The notes under the pieces were generated by a model. The model made no database searches. It was not told where the DNA came from and was given only the letters and a program-made list of their open reading frames with translations. Position numbers and translations under genes: made by a program. This document shows, piece by piece, positions 1 through 9,697 of a stretch of DNA of 64,000 bases. Within the stretch, counting starts at the first letter, position 1, and every line of letters begins with the position of its first letter. This DNA comes from Prochlorococcus sp. AG-355-B18 (GTDB taxonomy: Bacteria > Cyanobacteriota > Cyanobacteriia > PCC-6307 > Cyanobiaceae), in contig QCDI01000003.1 of NCBI GenBank assembly GCA_003280965.1, forward strand, positions 32,001 to 96,000. The letters run 5' to 3'.

Positions 1-969
1 CCCGAAAATATTCAATTAGAACTTTTAAGAACCTTGCCTGGATTGAATGAGTGTAAAATGTTACGACCAGCATATGCTGTGGAGTATGACTATATACCTG
101 CAACACAGCTCCAAACTTCACTCGAAACGAAAGAAATTGAATATTTATTTAGCGCGGGACAAATTAATGGGACTACTGGTTATGAAGAAGCAGCAGCACA
201 AGGATTAGTTGCAGGAGTCAATGCGACAAGAAAACTAAGCAAAAAAGATCCAATAATCTTCACTAGAGAAAGCAGTTATATAGGAACAATGATCAATGAT
301 TTAATTACCAAAGACCTCAAAGAACCATACAGAGTTTTAACTAGTAGGAGTGAATATAGGTTAACTCTTAGAGGAGATAATGCGGACAGGAGATTAACAC
401 CATTAGGTTATCAAATAGGGCTAATTAATGAGAAAAGATGGTCGGCCTATCAAGAAAAAATGAAACTTCTCGAGGAAGAGAAATTTAGATTAAATAAAAC
501 TCGCTTAAAAAATACCGAGGAAATATCAAAAAAAATAGAATTAGAAACGGGATCAAAGATCAAAGGCTCAACAACTTTGAAGGAACTCTTAAAAAGACCA
601 AACTTTCATTATTCAGATCTAATTAAATATAATTTGACTGAAAAAAATCTAGACTCTTCAATACAAGAAGGTGTTGAAATAGATATTAAATACGAGGGTT
701 ACCTTAAAAGGCAAAAAAACAACATTGAGCAAATAAATCGTCAAAGCTGTAAATCTCTGTCTCAAGAAATAAATTATGAAAAGATAGATACATTATCTTT
801 AGAAGCTAGAGAAAATTTGAATAAGATAAAGCCAAAAAATTTTGGTGATGCCTCAAAAATTCCTGGAGTAAGCAAAGCTGATTTAACTGCATTACTTGTT
901 TGGCTAAAAATAAGAGAAATAAAAAAAGAAAAGGCAGATATTTTTGTCGAAAAAAAGTTATCATCTTAA
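1..969 (+). CDS. mnmG: tRNA uridine-5-carboxymethylaminomethyl modification enzyme MnmG/GidA, C-terminal part (5'-truncated by window)
   Basis: Frame open from base 1; motifs [47 protein letters not shown]. Confidence 0.97.
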   Translation, partial: PENIQLELLRTLPGLNECKMLRPAYAVEYDYIPATQLQTSLETKEIEYLFSAGQINGTTGYEEAAAQGLVAGVNATRKLSKKDPIIFTRESSYIGTMINDLITKDLKEPYRVLTSRSEYRLTLRGDNADRRLTPLGYQIGLINEKRWSAYQEKMKLLEEEKFRLNKTRLKNTEEISKKIELETGSKIKGSTTLKELLKRPNFHYSDLIKYNLTEKNLDSSIQEGVEIDIKYEGYLKRQKNNIEQINRQSCKSLSQEINYEKIDTLSLEARENLNKIKPKNFGDASKIPGVSKADLTALLVWLKIREIKKEKADIFVEKKLSS

Positions 970-1050
970 AAGCATTCTGTCTGAGCACTGAATAATAAAC
1001 TTTTTAACTCACCAAATATTTTATGGGAAGAAAAAGCCTCTACTTTTTTA

Positions 1051-1593
1051 GTGAAAAATTCACTACCAAAAATATCTGGTCCATGGAAATTAATGTTGCT
1101 TGGGGATGGAAGTCCAACTAGACATTTACAGCTTTTAACTAATCAAGAGACAAAAATTAAGTTAATTTCAATGCGAGTTGATCCTCTATTCATTGAAGAA
1201 GGTCCTAAAGAATTAAATCAATTAAATGGACCTTTAATTAGAAGACAAGTATGGATTAAAAACAATAATAAAAACCTAGCATGGGCTGAAAGTTGGTGGA
1301 ATGCAGAACAAGTTAATGAAAATTTAAAAGCCAAAGAAGAACCAATTTGGAAGAATTTGACGCAAGACAGATCAGAATTGTTTAGAGAAGTCGATCGAAT
1401 TTCACTTGTTAATTCAAATTGGTTAGAGGATCAATTTTGTTTCAAAGGTCCATTCTGGTCAAGAAATTATAGATTTTTTCGAGACAAAAAGCCTCTAACA
1501 ATTATTAGAGAAGTATTCAATCCACATTTAGAAAGTTTATTAGGCTATTCAGGAATTAAAGAATTTACGAAACTATACTCTTCTTCTTCTTGA
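1051..1593 (+). CDS. ubiC: Chorismate lyase (cyanobacterial DUF98/UbiC-like); true start may be upstream (CTG at 988)
   Basis: LLGDGSPTRHL, RRQVW, LAWAESWW, FWSRNYRF, IREVFNP motifs of the cyanobacterial chorismate-pyruvate lyase family. Confidence 0.8.
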   Translation: MKNSLPKISGPWKLMLLGDGSPTRHLQLLTNQETKIKLISMRVDPLFIEEGPKELNQLNGPLIRRQVWIKNNNKNLAWAESWWNAEQVNENLKAKEEPIWKNLTQDRSELFREVDRISLVNSNWLEDQFCFKGPFWSRNYRFFRDKKPLTIIREVFNPHLESLLGYSGIKEFTKLYSSSS

Positions 1594-2136
1594 TCTGGGA
1601 AGATTTCTTGATTTTGATTGAACTTGTTGGTTTGATTGAACTCTTGAAGTATTATTCTCTTTTTCTGAAGCTCTTTGCCATCTTTCAACTTTGAAATCCA
1701 TTTCATCTGGCCAATCTTCGTCCTTACTCTCTCTCACATAAGGTAATTTTTTTTGCTCAGTTGTCTGTATATTTTTTGGTCGCCTTAAAGATATTGCTTC
1801 TAAAGGTCTTTTTGAGTGCTGTTTAGCAGATTCATAAAAATTTGATTCTCTAGAAAATGTCTTAATATCGCTGTTATCATCGTAAAAATTCTCATCATCC
1901 CAATCATCATTTTCTTCATCAAAAAATAAATCCACTTTTTCAGATACCCATCTTCCTACTTTTTTCACACTCTTACTTGTTATTCCTTGAAAATCTGAGT
2001 TCCTTCTTTTTCCTGGTCTAGCACCAGATACTCCATCAACAAATTGTCTTCCAGTTTCGAAAATTTTATCAACCTGTTTATCAACAATATTTTTATCAAA
2101 ACTATTTCTAAGATTTCTGATTCTCCTTGAATCCAT
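1573..2136 (-). CDS. Conserved picocyanobacterial hypothetical protein, probably disordered
   Basis: 187-aa ORF; GRQFVDGVSGARPG segment, acidic central tract, basic RSRRRRV tail. Confidence 0.7.
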   Translation of the reverse strand: MDSRRIRNLRNSFDKNIVDKQVDKIFETGRQFVDGVSGARPGKRRNSDFQGITSKSVKKVGRWVSEKVDLFFDEENDDWDDENFYDDNSDIKTFSRESNFYESAKQHSKRPLEAISLRRPKNIQTTEQKKLPYVRESKDEDWPDEMDFKVERWQRASEKENNTSRVQSNQQVQSKSRNLPRSRRRRV

Positions 2137-2219
2137 AAATTATTTTGCTTTTTAAAATATAAATTACATTAAAAAAATAAATAATTCCAAAAATAGAAAC
2201 AAAAACACATCTTATATTT

Positions 2220-2747
2220 TTAATCAAACAAAATTAAACAGTTTTTATTCCATGATCCATTAAAGAAATTTACACAACATTTTTTACAGGCAATATTCTT
2301 TATCCTTTTCCTGTAGAAAAATTTCTCACCACAATTTTGACAAGTTCCTATGTATTTTAATTCTCTCCTTTCAATAGGAAATGAGTGCCTCACAGAAATT
2401 TGAAAATTCTTCTCTTTCTCATTAATTTCATTCATCTTTTCTAAGAAATTTGGACCATGTATCTCATTTTTTTTTAATATCCTATCTACCCATGCATGAA
2501 TCATTTCATGACATAAAGTACTGTTTATTTCACTAGTAGATAATTTACTCAAAATAGGTTTCGATAAGATAATTTCAGAATCTATAAAACCATTAATACG
2601 TTTTCTTTTATAAAAACCAGCAGTAGTTTTTAATCTATTATCACTCCATCTAACATTTACTAAAGGGAGATTATTAACCGTTAAAGAATTTTCAAAATAT
2701 TGGCTATTAAATCTATGAAATAAGGGTAAAAGAGGAATTACAGGCAT
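2220..2747 (-). CDS. SprT-like zinc metalloprotease
   Basis: HEMIH (HExxH) followed by HGPNF; C-terminal CxxC...CxxC zinc finger. Confidence 0.9.
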   Translation of the reverse strand: MPVIPLLPLFHRFNSQYFENSLTVNNLPLVNVRWSDNRLKTTAGFYKRKRINGFIDSEIILSKPILSKLSTSEINSTLCHEMIHAWVDRILKKNEIHGPNFLEKMNEINEKEKNFQISVRHSFPIERRELKYIGTCQNCGEKFFYRKRIKNIACKKCCVNFFNGSWNKNCLILFD

Positions 2748-2832
2748 TATGGATTAAAATTAGTATTATTTTGACAAAAAAAGCCATCAAAAACGATTTC
2801 TTTTCTTAAAGTAATAAAAAATTCAAACTAAC

Positions 2833-3252
2833 ATGGATGCAACACTAGTTAAAGATATCGGAATTAAAGCATTATTAGTTGGCGGAGCTGTACTAGTTTC
2901 TTTTTGGACTTTTAATGCAGTCAAATTAGTTATAAGCGCCAGAGGAATTAATCCATTAGTAAGAAAGTTTTTTGATCAAATAGCTGCAGGCAGAATTGAT
3001 GCAGCTTATGGTTTGACTACAAAAACTTATAAAACTCACGTTAAACGCCAAGACTTTCTTAAATTTTTAGCTAGTTTAAACCTCAATAAATACAGAAATT
3101 TAAAATCAGGAAGGCCTAGAGTCCAAGAAGATCAAATCATTATAACTTTGAATTTAAAATCAGAAGACAAACAAGATGAGCTCCCATTAGATTTTACTTT
3201 TGCAAAAACTGACAATGATTGGAAAATAGACAGAATAGCTAAAGTGAATTAA
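2833..3252 (+). CDS. Hypothetical protein with N-terminal membrane anchor
   Basis: 139-aa ORF; hydrophobic ALLVGGAVLVSFWTFNAV, then a soluble domain ending WKID (NTF2-like fold is a guess). Confidence 0.7.
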   Translation: MDATLVKDIGIKALLVGGAVLVSFWTFNAVKLVISARGINPLVRKFFDQIAAGRIDAAYGLTTKTYKTHVKRQDFLKFLASLNLNKYRNLKSGRPRVQEDQIIITLNLKSEDKQDELPLDFTFAKTDNDWKIDRIAKVN

Positions 3253-3276
3253 TAATCTCTTGTGAGGCACAAAGAA

Positions 3277-4590
3277 TTGTTTAAAGAAGCAATAATACAT
3301 CAATTAGAATTACACCCAAGTAGATTAGATAAAGAAAAAATCATCTCAGAAGCAATGGAAGAAGGTCTAGATGATTTTTTTGAAGGTATTCGTATGGCAC
3401 TTGATCCATTAGTAACTTTTGGTGTAAAAATTGTCCCTGAGAAAGAGACTGAAAAAAGTCAAAATTTTTTATGGGAAGATTTTAGAAAATTAGCCAATAA
3501 GCTTATTCAAAGAGAACTTACTGGTCACGCTGCTCGCGATGCAATTCATACGGCTATGGAATCTGCAACAAAAGAAGAGTGGAATGGATTTTATAGACGA
3601 GTTTTAATTAAAGATCTTAGATGTGGTGTATCTGAAAAAACAATCAACAAGATAGCAAAGAAATTTCCCAAATATGCTATTCCTATTTTTTCTTGTCCTT
3701 TAGCTCATGACAGTGCAAATCATGAAAAAAAAATGATAGGGAAAAAGCAAATTGAAATCAAATTAGATGGTGTACGCGTCTTAACTATTATTAGACAAAA
3801 TAAAGTAGAAATGTTTTCTCGTAATGGGAAACAATTCCATAATTTTGGTCATATTATCTCAGAGATAGAAAACGCCTTAAAAGAAGACCCAGCACCTTAT
3901 GACTTAGTACTCGATGGTGAAGTGATGAGCGCTAACTTTCAAGATTTAATGAAACAGGTACATAGAAAAGATGGCAAACAAACCAAAGACGCAGTTCTCC
4001 ACCTATTTGACTTATGCCCCCTTGAAAACTTTCAAAAAGGTAGATGGAACACTAGTCAAACAAAAAGAAGTTTATTAGTAAAAGAATGGGTAGCAAAACA
4101 TTCTATACTTCTAAAACATATACAAACACTTGAATGGGAAAATGTAGATCTCGACACTATTGAAGGACAAAAAAGATTTATAGAGCTGAATAAATCTGCT
4201 GTTGAAGGTGGGTATGAAGGAGTAATGATTAAAGATCCTGATGCTATGTATGAATGTAAAAGAACACACAGTTGGTTAAAAGCAAAACCTTTCATTGAAG
4301 TCACTTTAAAAGTTGTATCGGTTGAGGAAGGTACAGGACGCAACAAAGGGAGACTGGGAGCAATCCTGGTAGAAGGAGAAGATGATGGGTATAAATACAG
4401 TCTTAGTTGCGGAAGCGGATTTAGCGATATTCAGCGTGAAGAATATTGGTCAAAACGTAATCATCTCGTTGGTCAACTTGTAGAAATCAGAGCTGATGCA
4501 AAAACTAAGTCAAAGGATGCAGTGGCTTTTAGTCTTAGGTTTCCTAGATTTAAATGCTTTAGAGGATTTAAAGATGGAGAAAAAGTTTAA
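3277..4590 (+). CDS. ATP-dependent DNA ligase (start TTG 3277 after GAGG, or GTG 3262)
   Basis: Nucleotidyltransferase motifs I EIKLDGVR, III LDGEV, IIIa LFDL, IV EGVMIK, V WLKAK; OB-domain CGSGFSD; motif VI SLRFPRF. Confidence 0.95.
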   Translation: MFKEAIIHQLELHPSRLDKEKIISEAMEEGLDDFFEGIRMALDPLVTFGVKIVPEKETEKSQNFLWEDFRKLANKLIQRELTGHAARDAIHTAMESATKEEWNGFYRRVLIKDLRCGVSEKTINKIAKKFPKYAIPIFSCPLAHDSANHEKKMIGKKQIEIKLDGVRVLTIIRQNKVEMFSRNGKQFHNFGHIISEIENALKEDPAPYDLVLDGEVMSANFQDLMKQVHRKDGKQTKDAVLHLFDLCPLENFQKGRWNTSQTKRSLLVKEWVAKHSILLKHIQTLEWENVDLDTIEGQKRFIELNKSAVEGGYEGVMIKDPDAMYECKRTHSWLKAKPFIEVTLKVVSVEEGTGRNKGRLGAILVEGEDDGYKYSLSCGSGFSDIQREEYWSKRNHLVGQLVEIRADAKTKSKDAVAFSLRFPRFKCFRGFKDGEKV

Positions 4591-4705
4591 ATTTAAAAAT
4601 AATATTCCACAAAGTAGTCAAAGAAAAATGTGGTTTTTAAATAAAAAAATTAAAAATCTTGGTTATAAAATATAAGAATAATTATCAAGACTTTTTGAGA
4701 GACTT

Positions 4706-4858
4706 ATGACGAATAAAACAGTTTTCAACTTCATAAAAACACCTTGTGGACAGGCAAAATATATCGAATTAGAAGCCAACAAAACTTTACTAGGTAAATT
4801 AAGGCTTTTTTGGTTTATCTTAATTGCATCAATTAGAGATTGGAATATTAAAGAGTAA
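4706..4858 (+). CDS. Small 50-aa hypothetical protein (below the ORF-track cutoff)
   Basis: ATG 4706 to TAA 4858: MTNKTVFNFIKTPCGQAKYIELEANKTLLGKLRLFWFILIASIRDWNIKE; GAGAG just upstream; ends 4 nt before the convergent stop. Confidence 0.6.
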   Translation: MTNKTVFNFIKTPCGQAKYIELEANKTLLGKLRLFWFILIASIRDWNIKE

Positions 4859-4862
4859 ATTC

Positions 4863-5459
4863 CTAAGATTTTTCAAAATATTCTCTGGAGTATTTAGCTG
4901 AGAAATATACAACTAAAAAAGTTGAAATAATTCCAATACTAGTAATATATAAATTATTTGGTGATTGCACATTTTTTAACTCCTGAATACTTTTTGCCAA
5001 ACTACCTATCGAGCAATAAAGAAAAGTTCCTGGAATTATTCCAAGAAGACCAAGAGCGAAGTCTCTAAATTTAACATTATTCAAACCATAAAAATAATTC
5101 AGAATACTGAAGGGAAATATCGGCGATAGTCTCGCTAAAAAAATTAATTTAAGTCCGCCTTTTTCTACTACTTTTTCCATTAGACTTAATTTTGGATAAC
5201 GACTAAAAAGATTTTTTAGTTTTTTTGCGAAAAAACTTTTTGATACAAAAAAAGCAACTGATGCTCCTATGGAAGCGGAAATAAAAACGATAATTGATCC
5301 TAAATATGAGCCATATAAAAAACCTGATAATAAAGATAACCAAGAGGCTGGAAGTATTAATAATACAATTAAAATATAAATACAAACAAACGAAAAGATC
5401 CCAAAACCAGTATTAAAAAAAAAAGACAAATTATAAATATTTTCAAGAAATATATTCAT
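4863..5459 (-). CDS. TVP38/TMEM64 (VTT/DedA-like) membrane protein
   Basis: Multiple TM segments; RLSPIFPFSILNY motif. Confidence 0.9.
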   Translation of the reverse strand: MNIFLENIYNLSFFFNTGFGIFSFVCIYILIVLLILPASWLSLLSGFLYGSYLGSIIVFISASIGASVAFFVSKSFFAKKLKNLFSRYPKLSLMEKVVEKGGLKLIFLARLSPIFPFSILNYFYGLNNVKFRDFALGLLGIIPGTFLYCSIGSLAKSIQELKNVQSPNNLYITSIGIISTFLVVYFSAKYSREYFEKS

Positions 5460-5461
5460 TT

Positions 5462-8218
5462 TCAATTCAAAAGTTCGAGTTTTTTAGTAATTCTCTCCTT
5501 TTGCACCGAACCCTCATTTAATTTAAATCTGCATTCATCAACAATATCTTTTGGAGCCTTATCAACGAAATTTTTATTAGATAATCTCTTATTTAAATTT
5601 TCTAATTCAATTGTCACCTTTGTTAAATCCTTGATTAACCTTTCCTTTAATGCATCTATATTTACAAAATCCTGAAAAGGTAAGTAAACCTCTAAATCAC
5701 TAATTATCCCAGAAAAAGATTTAGCAAACTCTTTTTTATCAACAGCATTAGTTTTAAAAATAAATACTTCAGAAGATTTAGTTAAAGTTTGAATATCGTC
5801 AACTAAAGTTTTTAAAAAATCAATCAATTCATCATTGTCTGAAATTAAATATACAGGACCTTTTTCTGATGGCTTAAGACCTAATTCAGCTCTCAAATTT
5901 CTAATCAACCTAATAATTTCAAAGAGTTGCTGAAAAGAATTATCAAGCTTATTATCAACAAATTTATTTTCGTGAATTGGCCATTTTTGAAGAGATAATA
6001 ATGTATTATCTGGTTTTAGTTGCAGCACGTGCCAAAGTTCCTCAGTTATGTGCGGCATAAAAGGATGAATCATTACCAAAATATCATTGAGCACTTTAAT
6101 TAAAACTTTTTCAGATATTTGTCTATTTTTAGTCTCTTTATTATTAAACCTTTGTTTAGCAAATTCTACATACCAGTCACAAAAATCATTCCATGCAAAT
6201 TCATATAAAAGTTTCGCAGATTCTCCCAATTTATATTCTTTCAACAAAGCAGCGACTTTTATATTTACCTGATTCAATTTCGATAAAATCCACTTATCAC
6301 ATAACTCTAAAGAAGTTTCATCATTCTCATTAAGCGAATAATTATTGTTAGAAGTTTTATTAATTAAAACAAATTTAGTTGCATTCCATAATTTATTTGC
6401 AAAATTTCTTGAAGCTTCAACAGTTGAAGATGTATCTTTTTTCCTATCAAAATCAAGCCGGATATCTTGTCCAGCGCCTGCAACTTCTCGAATTAAAGCA
6501 AATCGTAGAGCATCAGAACCATATTTATCAATTAATAGTATTGGATCAATACCATTACCTGAACTTTTACTCATTTTTTTATTATTTTCATCTCGAACTA
6601 GACCATGAATATAAACATCCTTAAAAGGAATATTATTCGTAAAAGTATTACCCATCATTGTCATTCTGGCCACCCAGAAGAAAATAATATCGAAACCAGT
6701 AACAAGAACATTATTTGGATACCATTTTTTAAAATCCGGATCATTTGTATTTGGCCAACCAAGAGTTGAGAAAGGCCATAAACCACTTGAAAACCATGTA
6801 TCCAAAACATCTTTATCACGAACCAATTTAATATTTAATCCAAATTTTTTATTAGCTTCGATTAAGGCATCTTCTTCATTTCTTGCAACAATATATGGAG
6901 TATTTTGTTCTATTGAGTCTTGAGAGTCATCTAAAACATACCATGCTGGTATTTGGTGCCCCCACCACAATTGCCTACTGATACACCAATCATTAATATT
7001 CTCTAACCAATCCTTATAAACTTTCTCCCAACGTGGAGGAATAAACGATGGTCTTTTAGAATCAATTTCATTAAGACATCCTTGTGATATGTCATCCATT
7101 TTCAAAAACCATTGTGTTGACAATAAAGGTTCAATTGGTACCTTACCTCTATCAGAAAAAGGAACAGTATGTTTATAATCCTCTATCTTTGTCAAAAGGC
7201 CTAAGTTATCCAATTCTTTGATAATTTTCTTTCTAGCCTCATATCTATCTAAATTTTGAAAAATACCTGCATTAATATTTAAAGTTCCATCTTTGTTCAT
7301 TACATTAATCTGTTTTAAATTATGCCTTTTTCCTATTGCAAAATCATTTGGATCATGGGCTGGAGTAACCTTCACACAACCAGTACCAAAATCTTTATCA
7401 ACATGTGAATCAGCGATAATAGGTATTTCTCTATCAACGAAAGGGACTTTTACTTTGACACCAATAAATTCTTTATATCTATCATCATCAGGATTAACTG
7501 CCACAGCAGTATCACCCAAAAGAGTTTCTGGTCTTGTTGTTGCAACTTCTAAATACTTATCTAACTGTTCACCACTTTCAGAAAGTATAGGGTATTTAAA
7601 ATGCCATAAATGACCATTTACTTCTTGCATTTCAACTTCAAGATCACTTACGGCAGATTGAGATTCAGGACACCAATTAACCAAATATTCGCCTCTATAA
7701 ATTAAATTCTTTTTGTAGAGAATATTAAAAGCCTCAATAACTGCTTCATTTAATTTTTGATCAAGAGTAAATCTTTCTCTAGTCCAGTCAACTGAATATC
7801 CTATCCTTTTTAATTGAGAAACTATTCTTCCACCACTTTGTTCTTTCCAATTCCATGCTCTTTTAAGAAATTCATCTCTTCCAATATCCTCGCTTGTTTT
7901 GCCTTCACTTTTTAATTGTTTTTCGAGAATAGTTTGAACAGCTATTGAAGCATGATCAGTTCCTGGTAAACACAAAACATTCTTACCTAAAAGTCTTTGA
8001 AAACGTACTACAACATCTATCAAAGCAGTATTAAATGCATGCCCCATATGCAAAGATCCAGTTACATTTGGTGGCGGAATAACAACACAAAAAGGCTCCC
8101 CATCATCCTCAGGGGTAGGACTAAACGCCTTAAGACTTTCCCACTTTTCTTGCCACTTTTTCTCTACTTCAAAAGGTGAATAATTCTCTAAAGATAATTG
8201 ATCATTCATCTCTGTCAT
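5462..8218 (-). CDS. valS: Valine--tRNA ligase
   Basis: PPPNVTGSLHMGH (HIGH), KMSKS, DWCISRQLWWGH, C-terminal coiled coil. Confidence 0.98.
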   Translation of the reverse strand: MTEMNDQLSLENYSPFEVEKKWQEKWESLKAFSPTPEDDGEPFCVVIPPPNVTGSLHMGHAFNTALIDVVVRFQRLLGKNVLCLPGTDHASIAVQTILEKQLKSEGKTSEDIGRDEFLKRAWNWKEQSGGRIVSQLKRIGYSVDWTRERFTLDQKLNEAVIEAFNILYKKNLIYRGEYLVNWCPESQSAVSDLEVEMQEVNGHLWHFKYPILSESGEQLDKYLEVATTRPETLLGDTAVAVNPDDDRYKEFIGVKVKVPFVDREIPIIADSHVDKDFGTGCVKVTPAHDPNDFAIGKRHNLKQINVMNKDGTLNINAGIFQNLDRYEARKKIIKELDNLGLLTKIEDYKHTVPFSDRGKVPIEPLLSTQWFLKMDDISQGCLNEIDSKRPSFIPPRWEKVYKDWLENINDWCISRQLWWGHQIPAWYVLDDSQDSIEQNTPYIVARNEEDALIEANKKFGLNIKLVRDKDVLDTWFSSGLWPFSTLGWPNTNDPDFKKWYPNNVLVTGFDIIFFWVARMTMMGNTFTNNIPFKDVYIHGLVRDENNKKMSKSSGNGIDPILLIDKYGSDALRFALIREVAGAGQDIRLDFDRKKDTSSTVEASRNFANKLWNATKFVLINKTSNNNYSLNENDETSLELCDKWILSKLNQVNIKVAALLKEYKLGESAKLLYEFAWNDFCDWYVEFAKQRFNNKETKNRQISEKVLIKVLNDILVMIHPFMPHITEELWHVLQLKPDNTLLSLQKWPIHENKFVDNKLDNSFQQLFEIIRLIRNLRAELGLKPSEKGPVYLISDNDELIDFLKTLVDDIQTLTKSSEVFIFKTNAVDKKEFAKSFSGIISDLEVYLPFQDFVNIDALKERLIKDLTKVTIELENLNKRLSNKNFVDKAPKDIVDECRFKLNEGSVQKERITKKLELLN

Positions 8219-8314
8219 GTGGAAATTTTATTTCAGTAAACTTTTTGTTTATTTTATCTTGAGAGCAGCCAATTAATGAAAATAATATTAGTTTGCAAAA
8301 AAGACTCATTCATT

Positions 8315-8656
8315 CTACAAAAGTTTGAAGCCAGAACCACAGGAACAACGTTTTGCATTTTTTGGTGTTGAAATAAGAAATCCACCACCGCTCAAATCTC
8401 CGTAATAATCTAATTTTAAATCTTTCAGTAAATTAAACTTTTTTACATCCGCGTATAAAGTTACTCCTTCAGTTCTTGAAATAGGGGATCCATTACATGT
8501 ACCTGGCCTTAATTTAATATGCATCCATCCTTCGGAACAATTTTTATCCTCTACCAAATCAATCGACATTTCTCCTGGAGAACCTCCAAAAGAAGCTTGC
8601 CTAGATAGTTCTGAAGCAGCGCTTTGACTGATTGAAAGATTGACGATCTCAGTCAT
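8315..8656 (-). CDS. HesB/IscA-like (A-type Fe-S carrier fold) protein; start at ATG 8656 because the upstream extension overlaps the tRNA
   Basis: C-terminal CSCGSGF, GGGF..PKN and an upstream Cys in NCSEG. Confidence 0.8.
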   Translation of the reverse strand: MTEIVNLSISQSAASELSRQASFGGSPGEMSIDLVEDKNCSEGWMHIKLRPGTCNGSPISRTEGVTLYADVKKFNLLKDLKLDYYGDLSGGGFLISTPKNAKRCSCGSGFKLL

Positions 8657-8671
8657 TAGAAAAATAATAAA

Positions 8672-8743
<72 letters not shown>

Positions 8744-8842
8744 TTATGATAAATCATTCTAATAGATGAAGTTGAAAAATTTATACAAAGTATTTAAATA
8801 TTTCATGATTGAGGCAAAATTTAATTAATAAAAATTTATCCT

Positions 8843-9697
8843 ATGTCCTCAAACAATAGATATAAATTGGAAAACAATTCCGATTTAGAGACTATAAATA
8901 GTTTTAAAATCTTAATATCTAATATCAAAGCATTAAAAGATAAAACTTGGGGCTGCCCATGGCAAAAAATACAGTCTCATATATCGTTGATCCCATTTTT
9001 GTATGAAGAAAGTAATGAATTTATAGATGCGGTATATGAAAAAAATGCAGATAACATATGTGAAGAGTTAGGAGATATTTTATTACAAGTAATGCTTCAT
9101 GCTGAAATCGGTTACGAAGAAAAAGAATTTGCACTAAGTGATGTTATAAAAAATCTAAATAAGAAAATTATTAATAGACATCCATATATTTTTAACAAAA
9201 AAGAAAAAGTATCATTAAAAAAATCACAACAGATTTGGGTAAATATAAAAAATTTAGAAAAAGAAGCGCCTCATATGGAATCTTCAATTAGTAGGAATTT
9301 AAGTTTGAAAATTAAAAATTTACCGCCAACGGTTGGAACAGATAAAATCACAAATAGTGTTAAAGAACATGGTTTCAAGTGGGAAAGTACTGATGAGATT
9401 TTTAAAAAGTTAGAAGAAGAGATTAATGAATTAAAAGAGGCAATTAAATGCAAAAATGATTCAGAAATAAAAAATGAATTTGGAGATATTTACTTTACCC
9501 TTCTTAATCTCTCAAACTTTTTAAAGATTAATCCTGAATCAGCTCTTCAAAAAACTAATATAAAATTTTTAGACAGATTTTCAATCGTCGAAGAGCATGC
9601 AGGAGATAATATTAAAAAACAAACTCCTAGAGACTTTCAACGGCTTTGGCAAATAGCCAAACAAAAACTGGCAGGAAAAATTCCTAAAAGCAAATGA
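8843..9697 (+). CDS. mazG: Nucleoside triphosphate pyrophosphohydrolase MazG
   Basis: GCPW..Q, EELGDILLQV, RHP, second domain KLEEEINEL...EFGD. Confidence 0.93.
   Translation: MSSNNRYKLENNSDLETINSFKILISNIKALKDKTWGCPWQKIQSHISLIPFLYEESNEFIDAVYEKNADNICEELGDILLQVMLHAEIGYEEKEFALSDVIKNLNKKIINRHPYIFNKKEKVSLKKSQQIWVNIKNLEKEAPHMESSISRNLSLKIKNLPPTVGTDKITNSVKEHGFKWESTDEIFKKLEEEINELKEAIKCKNDSEIKNEFGDIYFTLLNLSNFLKINPESALQKTNIKFLDRFSIVEEHAGDNIKKQTPRDFQRLWQIAKQKLAGKIPKSK

Noticed and set aside
5415..5424. A10 homopolymer in the TVP38 gene as a phase-variation site
   Set aside because: The frame is intact and long A/T runs are common throughout this window
4603..8226. Isolated DnaA-box-like 9-mers (TATTCCACA at 4603-4611; TGTGGAAAT at 8218-8226)
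   Set aside because: Single degenerate matches are expected by chance in AT-rich DNA
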